DNA of 64,000 nucleotides, taken from the NCBI GenBank assembly GCA_964518475.1, contig CAZFGR010000002.1, positions 32,001 through 96,000 on the forward strand, in the 5' to 3' direction. The notes beneath the pieces were generated by a model. The model saw nothing but the letters and a program-made list of their open reading frames with translations. It was not told where the DNA came from and made no database searches. The DNA is from an uncultured Nitrososphaerota archaeon (GTDB lineage: Archaea > Asgardarchaeota > Njordarchaeia > Njordarchaeales > Njordarchaeaceae). Shown one piece after another: positions 48,378 through 58,801 of this stretch (within the stretch, counting starts at the first letter, position 1; the number at the start of each line of letters is the position of its first letter). The translations under genes and the position numbers were made by a program.

Positions 48378-50975
48378 ATGCAAAAAGCAAAGTTGAAAGT
48401 GTTACTAGCTGTATTAGCCCTCCTTTTACTAATGAATGCCCCCCTAACAGCGACCGTTAATGCTTTACAGCCAAAGCAGGAGACCAATACAACGCTAAGC
48501 TATGATATCTACGTAGAGGGTATAGATATTCTGTATGGAGAGAACGGTGCCGTAGCAGCTACAGTCAACATTATTGGAGGAAACATGAGTATAGGCTTCG
48601 ACATAAACGATCCAGCATTCGATCACTTAGAGTTCATGTGGATATCGTTTGGAAAAGGACTGGACTGGACCCGGTATATCCATAAGCCTTTGTGGAGATA
48701 TCCAGCAGGCGTCCAACTAGTACTTGGTTATAAGGTAACATTTGGTTTCTCAGAAGATGACGCGATACAAAGCGGATTCGACGCAGCAAGAATCATTGGT
48801 AAAGCATATGGATTAAAGCTTTACGTCATGTGGGAAGAGTACAAGAATGGTATCGTAACAATGATCTTTTACGCACTAATGGACGAGGAAGAATTCGACA
48901 CCTTCTTTGAAAACAACTTCACGAAAATCCTGGGAGACGAAGGATTCGGTAGCTATGTTACACCACAAGCTATTAGAGATTCTCCCTACGCTCGATTGAT
49001 CCTAGCAATATCCAGGGATCGTGAAGATTTAGATAGGGATGGAGATAAACTAGAGTACGTGCCTATTGCTGGAGCTGGCTTTATCGCAGAGGATGCCGTA
49101 GTACCAGATGGTGATGATTATTACAAGATATCCCTTAACAACATTTTCCAAAGAATAGGCAACATTACTTGGCATCCAGACTCCCTATTCAGCGCAATAA
49201 CTGTAAAGATTCCATTCCCAGTAATACTGGATAGAAATGCTAGCACACCAACAAACAGCTCATTCCCAGCAGTCACTGGTAAATACGAGTATATCCTACA
49301 TGCCAAAGATCCCGCTAGCTTATGGGAATACAACTGGCCCACACCCTTAGATGATATCGTGATCCGATTCAAACCCTACAACTATACAGAACTAGCAACG
49401 AAGTTCCCAATTATCCAAGCCAAATTCTATGCTGATCCATACCCTGATGGCGGATCCGTGACATCTATCACATTAACTCTTGAGGTCACGAACATAGGTA
49501 CTACAACCGCATACCACACACACGCAATCATCCCATTAGAGAGAGAAGACTATGAGAGACTCCGCTTGCTACAAATCCTCGGCATCCTAAATTCAACAGG
49601 ATGGAAACTGAAACATATTCGGACTCCACGGGGAGAAAGATATTTGCTCCTAGCGCCTATTGGTGATCTATCACCAAACGCTACCCAGACTGCTCGAATA
49701 ACACTAGACCTGGGTGCTACGGACCAAAGTGGGATCGTACCATTCTTCTTTGGCCCTATAGTGGCTTATACTGATGAAAAGGGTATCCGATATAGCGTAC
49801 TTGCGAATGGTATTGCTTACCCATTCAATGGAGCTAATAATAGTGGTACATTCATCATCCCAGAGATATATGTATCAACGCCTACTGGAGAAAGCTATGT
49901 TGAAGTTGGCAAATCTGTAACCATTAGTGTAAACATAACAAACTTTGGTGGAATGCCAGCAAAGGATATCAACGTTACAGTTATTCATGCCATAGTTGAT
50001 GAACACGGCAATATCATAGAGATGAGACCTATTGATGAATACCATGTCTCTGAGTTAAAGGGCATTCCAAACCAAATCAATGAGTGCTCGGCATTGTTCG
50101 AAACTATATACCAAGTTAGGACTCGTCCAGGTATGCACTTGGTCGGTGCTATTATCGAGTATAAGGGTGCTTATGTCAAGTATGCCCACAACAATACCAT
50201 CGAGGAATTCAATGCAGTTATAATGACAAATCTGATGTCGATGTTCGTGTTGCCGCCTTATAGGGTAAGAGGTAGAATCTTTAGGTACCCATTACCTCAC
50301 GCAGAGTTAAGTGTCAACAAGACTCTAGAATTCGATAATGAGACTGGTTTAATCACTGTTAGACTCACAATAACGAACATTGGTGACTATCCAACCCAGA
50401 TAATGCACATAGTTGATTACTGGAACGCTTCTCAAGTAGAGTTCATTGCTGATAGCGTAAAGGTAAACGGTACTGTATCCACTACTGCTGGAGCATTCAT
50501 TAACAACAAGATCGGCGTGGTTTATGTAGTTATCGCTAATAGAGAAAACCCAATCTCACTAGGTGTGAATGAGACAATTGTTGTTGAATACCAACTAAAT
50601 GTAACCCCAAGAAACACGACATTCGAACTCGTGTCTCATCCAACGATTGTTCTGTATGACTTCGGTCCCTACGAGATGGTTAGGGAAGAACAACCGATCC
50701 GAGAAGAGGAGGGAGAAGGTAGTGAAGGCGAACAGGTATATGTTAGAGCAATTCGCATCTTGCAGGAAACAACAGAGAGCCAACCAGTAGAGACATTTAC
50801 TCAGGCAATAATCCAGGTAATATCTACAATTCTGCCACCAAAGCCAGGACCAGGAGAAGGAGAAGAAGGAGGAGCAGTTACTCCGCCACCACCTAGCAGA
50901 ATAGGATTCATCCTACTACTTGCAATCATAGCGGTGGTTATCGCAACTGTTTCCTTAGCTCGAAGAAGAAGATAG
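48378..50975 (+). CDS. Large cell-surface (S-layer-like) glycoprotein with Ig-like domains and C-terminal anchor
   Basis: Signal peptide, three (V/I)TN(I/F)G Ig/CARDB-like units, many NxS/T sequons, acidic and Pro-rich linker, TM plus RRRR. Confidence 0.75.
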   Translation: MQKAKLKVLLAVLALLLLMNAPLTATVNALQPKQETNTTLSYDIYVEGIDILYGENGAVAATVNIIGGNMSIGFDINDPAFDHLEFMWISFGKGLDWTRYIHKPLWRYPAGVQLVLGYKVTFGFSEDDAIQSGFDAARIIGKAYGLKLYVMWEEYKNGIVTMIFYALMDEEEFDTFFENNFTKILGDEGFGSYVTPQAIRDSPYARLILAISRDREDLDRDGDKLEYVPIAGAGFIAEDAVVPDGDDYYKISLNNIFQRIGNITWHPDSLFSAITVKIPFPVILDRNASTPTNSSFPAVTGKYEYILHAKDPASLWEYNWPTPLDDIVIRFKPYNYTELATKFPIIQAKFYADPYPDGGSVTSITLTLEVTNIGTTTAYHTHAIIPLEREDYERLRLLQILGILNSTGWKLKHIRTPRGERYLLLAPIGDLSPNATQTARITLDLGATDQSGIVPFFFGPIVAYTDEKGIRYSVLANGIAYPFNGANNSGTFIIPEIYVSTPTGESYVEVGKSVTISVNITNFGGMPAKDINVTVIHAIVDEHGNIIEMRPIDEYHVSELKGIPNQINECSALFETIYQVRTRPGMHLVGAIIEYKGAYVKYAHNNTIEEFNAVIMTNLMSMFVLPPYRVRGRIFRYPLPHAELSVNKTLEFDNETGLITVRLTITNIGDYPTQIMHIVDYWNASQVEFIADSVKVNGTVSTTAGAFINNKIGVVYVVIANRENPISLGVNETIVVEYQLNVTPRNTTFELVSHPTIVLYDFGPYEMVREEQPIREEEGEGSEGEQVYVRAIRILQETTESQPVETFTQAIIQVISTILPPKPGPGEGEEGGAVTPPPPSRIGFILLLAIIAVVIATVSLARRRR

Positions 50976-51011
50976 TACCTTTCTCTTTCCTCTAACTATT
51001 TTAACCATTTC

Positions 51012-51482
51012 TTATTTTTCTCGTATTTGCAAATCTTCGTACATTCTAGTAAGACGATCCCCAGAGGAGAGGTTTAATGGTTTATTCCTTATGACTAAAT
51101 AATTTTTTGCTTCCTCTAGTGTTAGTTTTTGTCTATGTTCTTGATCCTTCCAGAGTTTTCTATAGTGGTAAAAGTACTCATAGAGTTCGAGTATATCTTT
51201 GGTGTAGAGGACGATGTGATTCTTTATGACTTCGATTTTCATGTAGAGAGGTAATAGCTCAAATAAGCATACATCATAATTCTTAGGCAGCATTCCAGCT
51301 ATTTTGTTTGTGAATTTTTCCTTATTTTTTACACCTGGTGCGACTACACAAATATCAATTTCGCTTCTTTCACTAATTTCTCCCTTAGCAAAGGAGCCAA
51401 AGATTAGGATAGAGTGTACTTCTTGGAGATCAAATATTTTCTTGATTTGCTTTTTTATTTCCCTAATTTTTTCGCTATCCAA
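51012..51482 (-). CDS. Minimal nucleotidyltransferase (MNT/MntA antitoxin)
   Basis: LIFGSFAKG...SEIDICV, FELLPLY. Confidence 0.88.
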   Translation of the reverse strand: MDSEKIREIKKQIKKIFDLQEVHSILIFGSFAKGEISERSEIDICVVAPGVKNKEKFTNKIAGMLPKNYDVCLFELLPLYMKIEVIKNHIVLYTKDILELYEYFYHYRKLWKDQEHRQKLTLEEAKNYLVIRNKPLNLSSGDRLTRMYEDLQIREK

Positions 51483-51894
51483 TTCTCAACCACCTCTACA
51501 AACTTTAGTATAGGCTCTAATAGTTCCTTAATACTTTCGAATGTTATTCTATCGTCCAACTTATTGTAACGATGCACTAATCTGTTCCTCAAACCATTAG
51601 CTTCTACTAACTTCTCCGAAAGATCCTCATCTATTGTTCCTAAATTTTCTAAGGTTTCTATGTTCGTGTAGTCATCTTTTGGTGAACACCCGTATCTTTG
51701 CACATCATAGCTATTATATCAATGACAGATTCAACTGCTTCTTGAAACGCCTTATAAACAGCTAATTTGGTTTTTTCGTCCCGAACGAAATCCTCACTCG
51801 TGTAATTCAGCGTCCATTCGTCAATCTGCGATATTATTGTTCAATATGTAGTATTTTTCTCGCGATACCTCTTTAAACGATTTTCATCAATCAT
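51455..51894 (-). pseudogene. HEPN/DUF86 toxin (HepT-like), frameshifted
   Basis: Reconstructs as MIDENRLKRYREK...AVYKAFQEAVESVIDIIAM...PKDDYTNI...GLRNRLVHRY with frameshifts near 51856, 51836 and 51690. Confidence 0.8.
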
Positions 51895-52039
51895 CACGAT
51901 CACGGGAAATATAGCGTAGTGGTCAAAAAATAGTTTAAAAAGCTGTGTCAATAAGTTTCCAGAGGATAAAAACTATTAAAGAATTTTTAAGTAGTTTGTT
52001 TTGATAAGTTAATAATTAAGTTCTTTTCGGGCGGTTCCT

Positions 52040-53473
52040 ATGGAGTTTATTCTGGACGAAGATATCGCCTTATTCGCTATCGATTATGGTCTATCTAGAG
52101 GCGCTGATTTTGTTGAAGCTAGACTTCAGAGGGATTTAATGAGAAGCTATGTCGTTAGGAATGGTGTTCCAGAGAGTATCGGGGTTTCTGAGAGTATTGG
52201 TATTGGAGTTCGAGTGCTGGTAAACAATGCTCTAGGTTTCGCATCTACTGATAGATGGATGGATAAGGAGGCTATTAAGGAGATCATTGATGATGCTATT
52301 AAAATGGCGAGAGCTAATAGATTAGGGGACGAAAAACTTTCAGAGGAGCCCTCGTATACTGTTAAGGTTTTTGTTGAGCCGAAAGAGAATCCCGAGAACG
52401 TAGATGTTTCCGAGAAGATTGAATTATTAACAAGTCTTGACAAGATTCTTCAAGGTGTTCATGAAAAGGCTAAGTATCCGAATAGGTTAATGAGTCTCGA
52501 TGAATGGTTTACCCAGAAAGTGTATGCTAATAGCGATGGAACGTTGATTACAAGTTCAATACCAAGGATCGAGTTCTCGACATTCTTTGTGACGATGGTT
52601 AATGGGCAATTCGATACTAGATGGATATCGAAAGGGGAATCTAGGGGATGGGAAGCTATCAGAGAATGGAAGCTTGAAGAGCTAATTAGAGAAGAAGGAG
52701 AAGCTATGGCTAGAGTTCTACTTGAAGGAAAGACCCCACCTACAGAAACTGTAGATGTTGTACTCGGCCCGGAAGTCTCGGGTTTGGCTGCTCACGAAGC
52801 TGTTGGACACCCATACGAAGCTGATAGGATCCTTGGGAGAGAGGGTGCTCAAGCGGGAGAATCCTTCATTGATCCAGAAATGCTTGGTAAGAAAGTGGGT
52901 AGCGAAGCACTAACTGTTATCGATGATCCAACACTGCCAAACAGCTATGGTTTCTACCTATATGATGACGAAGGGGTTAAAGCTAGGCCAAGATTCTTGA
53001 TTCGGGACGGTGTCATAACAGAGTTTTTGCATAATAGGGAGACAGCGGCTAAATTCGGTGTTAAAAGTAATGGAGCTGCTAGAGCTAGTGCTTATAATAG
53101 GGAGCCAATTGTTAGAATGGCGAATACGTATATTGCTCCAGGAGACATGAGTTTCGAAGAGCTAATAGAAGATATCAAGCTCGGTGTATACATAAAGACA
53201 TTCGGGGAATGGAACATAGATGATCTAAGATACAATATGAGGTTCGTCGGCAAGGAAGCATGGCTTATAGAGAATGGGGAATTAAAGCATCTAGTAAGGA
53301 ACCCAGTGCTTGAAATAACAACTCCAGTCTTTTACGAAAGAATAGATGCCGTTGACAAGAATATAGAGTACTATTCTGCAACGTGCGGAAAAGGAGACCC
53401 CGGACAAGGAGTGCCTGTGTATGTTGGTGGACCTAATGTTAGATTAAGAAATATTAGACTCCTAGTCAGGTGA
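52040..53473 (+). CDS. tldD: TldD metalloprotease subunit
   Basis: GIGVRV, HEAVGH, DDEGV, RMANTY, CGKG. Confidence 0.92.
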   Translation: MEFILDEDIALFAIDYGLSRGADFVEARLQRDLMRSYVVRNGVPESIGVSESIGIGVRVLVNNALGFASTDRWMDKEAIKEIIDDAIKMARANRLGDEKLSEEPSYTVKVFVEPKENPENVDVSEKIELLTSLDKILQGVHEKAKYPNRLMSLDEWFTQKVYANSDGTLITSSIPRIEFSTFFVTMVNGQFDTRWISKGESRGWEAIREWKLEELIREEGEAMARVLLEGKTPPTETVDVVLGPEVSGLAAHEAVGHPYEADRILGREGAQAGESFIDPEMLGKKVGSEALTVIDDPTLPNSYGFYLYDDEGVKARPRFLIRDGVITEFLHNRETAAKFGVKSNGAARASAYNREPIVRMANTYIAPGDMSFEELIEDIKLGVYIKTFGEWNIDDLRYNMRFVGKEAWLIENGELKHLVRNPVLEITTPVFYERIDAVDKNIEYYSATCGKGDPGQGVPVYVGGPNVRLRNIRLLVR

Positions 53474-54828
53474 GAAATGTGTTAGGAACTGATGAACTTT
53501 TCTCAATAATAAGTGATATTGAGAAAGAATTAGCGAAGTTTAATCTTGATGGATACGCGATCTCCGCTACATCTAGGTTTACGCACCAAGTAAGGTTCGC
53601 TGTCAATAAGATATCAGCAACAAAAACTTGGGATGAAACGGGGCTGGAAATAATTATCGAGAAAAATCAAAGGGTAAGCACATTTAGTGTTGGTTTTGCC
53701 TCAATCAAGAATATTCCAAAAATGGTCGAAACCGCGTTAGAAATGATGAAAAAGACTCCTCCAAGAGAGGATTATTCACCCTTACCAGAACCAGCAGATA
53801 GGTACCCAGAATACCCAGCTAAATTGGATAAGGATTTGTTAGAGAGACCAGAAAGACTCCTTGATCTAGCTCAAGAAGCTATAGAGACGGGCACCAGTGA
53901 GGGAGCAAAAAGAGTTGCGGGTACCGTGTTGGCAAATGCGTATAACTTCGTATTAGTGACTTCTAAAGGTTTCAGAGGTAAAAACTCTGGAACTAATATA
54001 TATCTGGATGTGCGAGCATTTATGGATAAGGAATCAACGGGTCACGCATCTATGGCTTCTAGCAGTTTATCAGGCATCGATCCCAAAAAGATGGCTTCCA
54101 TAGCAGCAAATGATGCCAAACTCTCAGTTAATGCTAGGAAACTTGATCCTGGAAAGTACAACACCGTGTTTACGATTGATGCTACTGCATCCCTAATGAA
54201 TCTTGTTGGAGCTTCGTCATCTGCTTATGCAGTAGATGCGGGATTCTCCTTCCTCATCGGTAAGCTGGGAAAGAATATAGCACCAGAGAACTTCAACATA
54301 ATTGATGATCCTTTGAATCCCATGGGATACATTGTTAGGAATTTTGATGATGAAGCAGTACCAACTAGAAAAACTAAGATAATCGAGAACGGAGTGCTTA
54401 AAACGTATCTCCATAATAGATTTACCGCCAAGAAGTTCAAGGCTGAGCATACTGGTCATGCTGGATGGCTCACTCCACATCCCTGGGAACTATCCGTTAG
54501 CCCAGGAGATATGAGTTGGGAAGAATTGCTGGAGAGTATTGAACGAGGATTAATAGTGAGTAATGCCACATACATAAGATTCCAAAACTATGTCAAGGGG
54601 GACTTCTCGGCAATAATTAGAGACGGCACCTTCTATGTTGAGCATGGAGAAGTAAAATACGCTGTGAAAGGACTTAGGCTGAGTGATAACGTGCCAAGAA
54701 TTCTAAGCAATATAATTGGCATCGGAAAAGAAATTAGGCAAGTCTTTCATTGGTGGCTAGAGTACGGAATCCCCGTAATAACACCAGCTATCGCCGTTAA
54801 AGATGTTGAATACACTAAAGCATTCTAG
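53470..54828 (+). CDS. PmbA/TldE family subunit
   Basis: RFAVNKI, FDDEAVP, IENGVL, TGHAG, GDFS; no HExxH; coupled to tldD. Confidence 0.88.
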   Translation: MRNVLGTDELFSIISDIEKELAKFNLDGYAISATSRFTHQVRFAVNKISATKTWDETGLEIIIEKNQRVSTFSVGFASIKNIPKMVETALEMMKKTPPREDYSPLPEPADRYPEYPAKLDKDLLERPERLLDLAQEAIETGTSEGAKRVAGTVLANAYNFVLVTSKGFRGKNSGTNIYLDVRAFMDKESTGHASMASSSLSGIDPKKMASIAANDAKLSVNARKLDPGKYNTVFTIDATASLMNLVGASSSAYAVDAGFSFLIGKLGKNIAPENFNIIDDPLNPMGYIVRNFDDEAVPTRKTKIIENGVLKTYLHNRFTAKKFKAEHTGHAGWLTPHPWELSVSPGDMSWEELLESIERGLIVSNATYIRFQNYVKGDFSAIIRDGTFYVEHGEVKYAVKGLRLSDNVPRILSNIIGIGKEIRQVFHWWLEYGIPVITPAIAVKDVEYTKAF

Positions 54829-54980
54829 ATTATTAGACATTTAAAATACGAGTATAGCGATAGAGAAAATCATGATGATCTCTTTAAACTAATTTTTTAC
54901 TCTATTCTTTAGCACGGAACCCTACCGCATATTTTTATTTTATTATCTGTTTCTCCCTTTTAAACCTCTATGGTGAGGAT

Positions 54981-56936
54981 ATGGGTCATAATGACTTCAT
55001 CGCAGTATGTCCTCGGGACTGTTACGATACATGTTTTTTCAGAGCTAGGAAGTCCGATGAAGGTATCTTCCTTGAACTGCTCGAAGTTCCTTTTGGTCCA
55101 GAAGTAAGGAGTTTATGTCCTAGAGCGGCTAAAGATTATCAGAGAGCTTTATCGCAGAAAAGAGTGCTATACCCACATATTGCTATAAGAAAAGGTGAGC
55201 AAAGGTTCGAAAGAGCCTCATGGGATGAAGCTTTAGAGAAAGTGACTACTGAGTTGCAACGAGTACTGAAAGAATATGGTTCAGAAAAGATACTGCTGCT
55301 TGATTATGCTGGTAATAGGGGAGTCTTTACTAGGTATCTTCCGCAACGTCTATGGTATTTACTAAGAGCCTCTAGAACAGATTACAGCATTTGTGACCGA
55401 GCTGGGGAAGAGGCATTAAGGCTTCATTACGGATCTACTTACGGTGCGCTAATTGATCAGATGTGTGAATCAAGATTGTTGATTTACTGGGGTTTTAACG
55501 CGACTGTAGTTAGTCTACATAACTTCCATATAGCCTTGAATCTGAGGAAAAAGAAGAATTCGAAAATAATCGTGATCGATACTCTTAAGAACGAGACTGC
55601 TAGACAAGCAGATTTATGGCTTCGACCCAAGTATGGGAGCGATATTTATCTAGCTCTCGGCATTGCTAATTATTTGATCGAACACGAGCTTTATGACAAA
55701 TCCTTCGTTGAGAATTATTGTGAGGGTTTTGAGAAGTTTAAGGAGTATGTTAAGAAGTTTTCCCTAGACGTGGTCTCAGAGAAGACAGGAATTGCAAAAG
55801 AGAAGATTATCGAGTTCGCTGAACTCTATGCGAGAGAGAAGCCGAGTATAATTTTCATAGGGTATAGGCTACAGAGACGAATTGGTGGAGGAGAAACTGT
55901 AAGAGCAGTTAGTTTGTTACCAGCTTTAATAGGAATTCACAGAGGATTCTATTATAGTAATACTGATGGGTTATTAATCGATATTAATTACCTAAGAGGC
56001 ACTCACTTAGGCTCTCCAGCAAGAATTATTCCACAGCCAAAGGTTGGAGAGTACTTGTCTAGAGGAGAGTTTAAATTTGTCTTTATATTCCTGACAAATC
56101 CTGCTGCTACGCATCCCAATGCTGAGCTTGTTATGAAGGGGTTGCTTAGGGATGATGTATTTGTGGTAGTTCACGAGACTCACTGGACTGATACTGCTTT
56201 ATGCGCTGATGTTGTCTTGCCGGCACCGACGTGGTTGGAGAAAGAAGATGTTGTCTTTAGTTATTGGCATGATTATATCGGTTTTTCAAACAAACTGATG
56301 GAGCCGTTAGGAGAATCTAGAACAGAGATATGGTTAATGAGAGAGATTGCTAGGAGATTAGGAATTACTAGACCCGAGATCTTCGAGAACGAATTAGATG
56401 CCTTAAAGAAAGCTCTTCCAGAACATATTTTTAAGGAATTGATCGAGAAGAAATATACTAGACTACCCTATAGACCATTAAACGAGTACCAGACACCAAG
56501 TGGGAAAATAGAATTTTGGAGCAAATCAGCTAGTAATATGAAGAGAGAGCCTTTCCCCACGCCAATAGATATAGAGCCACCACCAGAATATCCATTCATT
56601 CTAGTTTCTTCAGCCAGTCCTAAATATACACATACACAATTCGAGGATGTCTATGGCGATATTCCTCCTATAATAATGGTTTCTGAAGAGGATATGGCTC
56701 GACTAGGTATTCGAGATAATGATATTGTTAGAGTAGAGAGTACAAGAGGTAGTGTCTTGCTTCGAGCTAAAAAGAGCGATTTAGTACCTCCGGGAATAGT
56801 TTTCACGTATAGATCCTGTAGAACATTGGATGGTAAGCGTATTAATGTTATAACTAGTGACGATGCCAATGAATTATATGGAGCTGCCCTCAACTCCACT
56901 TTTGTCAGATTAGTACGAGCCGGTGAGGAGACATGA
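54981..56936 (+). CDS. Molybdopterin/tungstopterin oxidoreductase (DMSO reductase family, catalytic subunit)
   Basis: CPRDCYDTC...C, SWDEAL, TDTALCADVVLPA, TPSGKIEF, C-terminal MPT-binding domain. Confidence 0.9.
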   Translation: MGHNDFIAVCPRDCYDTCFFRARKSDEGIFLELLEVPFGPEVRSLCPRAAKDYQRALSQKRVLYPHIAIRKGEQRFERASWDEALEKVTTELQRVLKEYGSEKILLLDYAGNRGVFTRYLPQRLWYLLRASRTDYSICDRAGEEALRLHYGSTYGALIDQMCESRLLIYWGFNATVVSLHNFHIALNLRKKKNSKIIVIDTLKNETARQADLWLRPKYGSDIYLALGIANYLIEHELYDKSFVENYCEGFEKFKEYVKKFSLDVVSEKTGIAKEKIIEFAELYAREKPSIIFIGYRLQRRIGGGETVRAVSLLPALIGIHRGFYYSNTDGLLIDINYLRGTHLGSPARIIPQPKVGEYLSRGEFKFVFIFLTNPAATHPNAELVMKGLLRDDVFVVVHETHWTDTALCADVVLPAPTWLEKEDVVFSYWHDYIGFSNKLMEPLGESRTEIWLMREIARRLGITRPEIFENELDALKKALPEHIFKELIEKKYTRLPYRPLNEYQTPSGKIEFWSKSASNMKREPFPTPIDIEPPPEYPFILVSSASPKYTHTQFEDVYGDIPPIIMVSEEDMARLGIRDNDIVRVESTRGSVLLRAKKSDLVPPGIVFTYRSCRTLDGKRINVITSDDANELYGAALNSTFVRLVRAGEET

Positions 56937-57772
56937 GTCTAGAAATAGATTATAATGACCTAAAAGAATTAGGAAGAACTGGAGAAAAAATCCCAGCCAT
57001 CGGTCTAGGGACTTGGGGCATCGGAGGAAGTTTCGCACCAGATTATAGCCGAGATGATTATTGGATAAAAATCATTAGAAAAGCTATTGAGTTAGGAATA
57101 TGGATGATTGATACTGCCGAAATGTATGCAAAGGGTCATGCAGAAGAGCTCGTGGGTCGAGCGATTAAGGTGTTTGAGAGAGATGAAGTATTTATAATTA
57201 CTAAAGTGTGGCCCGATAACTACACGTATGAGAAAGTTATTAAAGCGGCTAAAGCTAGTCTAAAGCGACTGGATACTAATTACATCGATCTCTACCTCCT
57301 CCATTGGCCAACACCTGATATGCCTATGAGAGAGCTTATGAGAGCTTTAGAAAGTCTCGTTGAACAAGGATTAGTACGGTATATTGGTGTAAGCAATTTT
57401 AGTGTTGAATTAGTCGAGGAGGCTCGTTCCTACTTATCGCGAGAGGATATAGTTGCTAATGAAGTCAAGTATAGTTTGAGAGATCGAAGAGTAGAAAAAG
57501 ACCTGCTTCCCTATGCCCAGAAAGAAAAAATCACAATAATAGCTTATACGCCCCTAGAAAAGGGTAGCTTAGCCAGAGATAAAACGCTAGCTAAGATAGG
57601 AGAGAAGTACGGAAAAACAGCTGCACAAGTAGCTCTCAACTGGTTAATATCAAAACCAGGCGTAGTAGCCATCCCAAAGGCTGGAAGAGAAGATCATCTT
57701 AGAGAAAATGCTGGTGCTATGGGTTGGAGATTAAGCAAAGAGGATATAGGATATCTGAATAGGTTGTATTAG
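56933..57772 (+). CDS. Aldo/keto reductase
   Basis: IGLGTW, IDTAEMY, IDLYLLHWP, IGVSNF, AQVALNW, IPKA. Confidence 0.95.
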   Translation: MSLEIDYNDLKELGRTGEKIPAIGLGTWGIGGSFAPDYSRDDYWIKIIRKAIELGIWMIDTAEMYAKGHAEELVGRAIKVFERDEVFIITKVWPDNYTYEKVIKAAKASLKRLDTNYIDLYLLHWPTPDMPMRELMRALESLVEQGLVRYIGVSNFSVELVEEARSYLSREDIVANEVKYSLRDRRVEKDLLPYAQKEKITIIAYTPLEKGSLARDKTLAKIGEKYGKTAAQVALNWLISKPGVVAIPKAGREDHLRENAGAMGWRLSKEDIGYLNRLY

Positions 57773-58057
57773 CCCCAGAAATAGTTACTGAAATACTCAT
57801 TAAATTTTATTAACATTCAGAAGGAACTCTCTTTTATCTTCTGGTAACCTGAAAAATTCTAAATATCATCTATTGATTTACAAACTTCTATAATGAGACA
57901 TTTTCAATAAATACGGATCATTCCATTACCTTAACATAAGCTGAGGAGGAAACCTTTTGAGGCCGAGTATCTGACGCGTTTCTTATACATTCGTATAAGT
58001 GCAGTCTTTATATTGACTATTTTCTGACAGAAATATTTAAACACGTATATTTTTCTG

Positions 58058-58801
58058 GTGGTAGGATTGATTGTTGTTTCTGTGGAGAATCTTCGGAAGT
58101 ATTTTGGTGAGATAAAGGCTGTTGACAGGATAAGCTTTAGTGTGAGAAAGGGGGAAATATTTGGATTAATTGGCCCGAACGGTGCTGGAAAAACAACAAC
58201 TCTCCGTATTCTAGCTACTCTTCTTAAACCAACGGATGGTAAAGTGACGATTTTTGGTTACGATGTTGTTAAGGATGCTATGGAGGTACGTAAGATAATT
58301 TCCTACCTCCCCGAGGAAGCTGGTGCCTATGCGCATTTGACTGGGTATGAATATCTAAACTTCATGGCTAGTTTCATAGCTAGGGACTCTGAAGAATTGA
58401 GGAGAATGGTAGAGCTTGGAGCCGAGATATCGGGTTTAGGGGAGCGGCTAAAAGATAAGATAAAGACTTATAGTAAGGGTATGAAGCGTAGACTTCTTCT
58501 TGCCAGAGCGCTTATGTCTGTTCCAAAACTGGCTATACTCGATGAACCTACCAGTGGTTTAGATGTAATTCATGCTTATCATGTGAGGGAGATGCTCAAA
58601 GAATTCGCTAGGAAACATGAAGTAACAATAATCCTGTCGAGTCATAATATGTTGGAGATCGAGTATGTCTGCGATAGAGTAGCTCTTATCCATAAAGGCA
58701 GAATCATCATGGAGGGGGCTCCTAGAAAATTGTGTGAAGAATTAATGGTCGCTAATTTAGAAGAAGCATTCGTTAAGAAGGTGGTGCTTGAGAATGCCTA
58801 G
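58058..58801 (+). CDS. ABC-2 exporter ATP-binding protein (NatA-like)
   Basis: GPNGAGKTT, YSKGMKRR, LDEPTSGLD, SSH. Confidence 0.95.
   Translation: MVGLIVVSVENLRKYFGEIKAVDRISFSVRKGEIFGLIGPNGAGKTTTLRILATLLKPTDGKVTIFGYDVVKDAMEVRKIISYLPEEAGAYAHLTGYEYLNFMASFIARDSEELRRMVELGAEISGLGERLKDKIKTYSKGMKRRLLLARALMSVPKLAILDEPTSGLDVIHAYHVREMLKEFARKHEVTIILSSHNMLEIEYVCDRVALIHKGRIIMEGAPRKLCEELMVANLEEAFVKKVVLENA

Noticed and set aside
50890-50975. PGF-CTERM archaeosortase signal
   Set aside because: The motif reads IGF, not PGF; treated as a plain TM anchor
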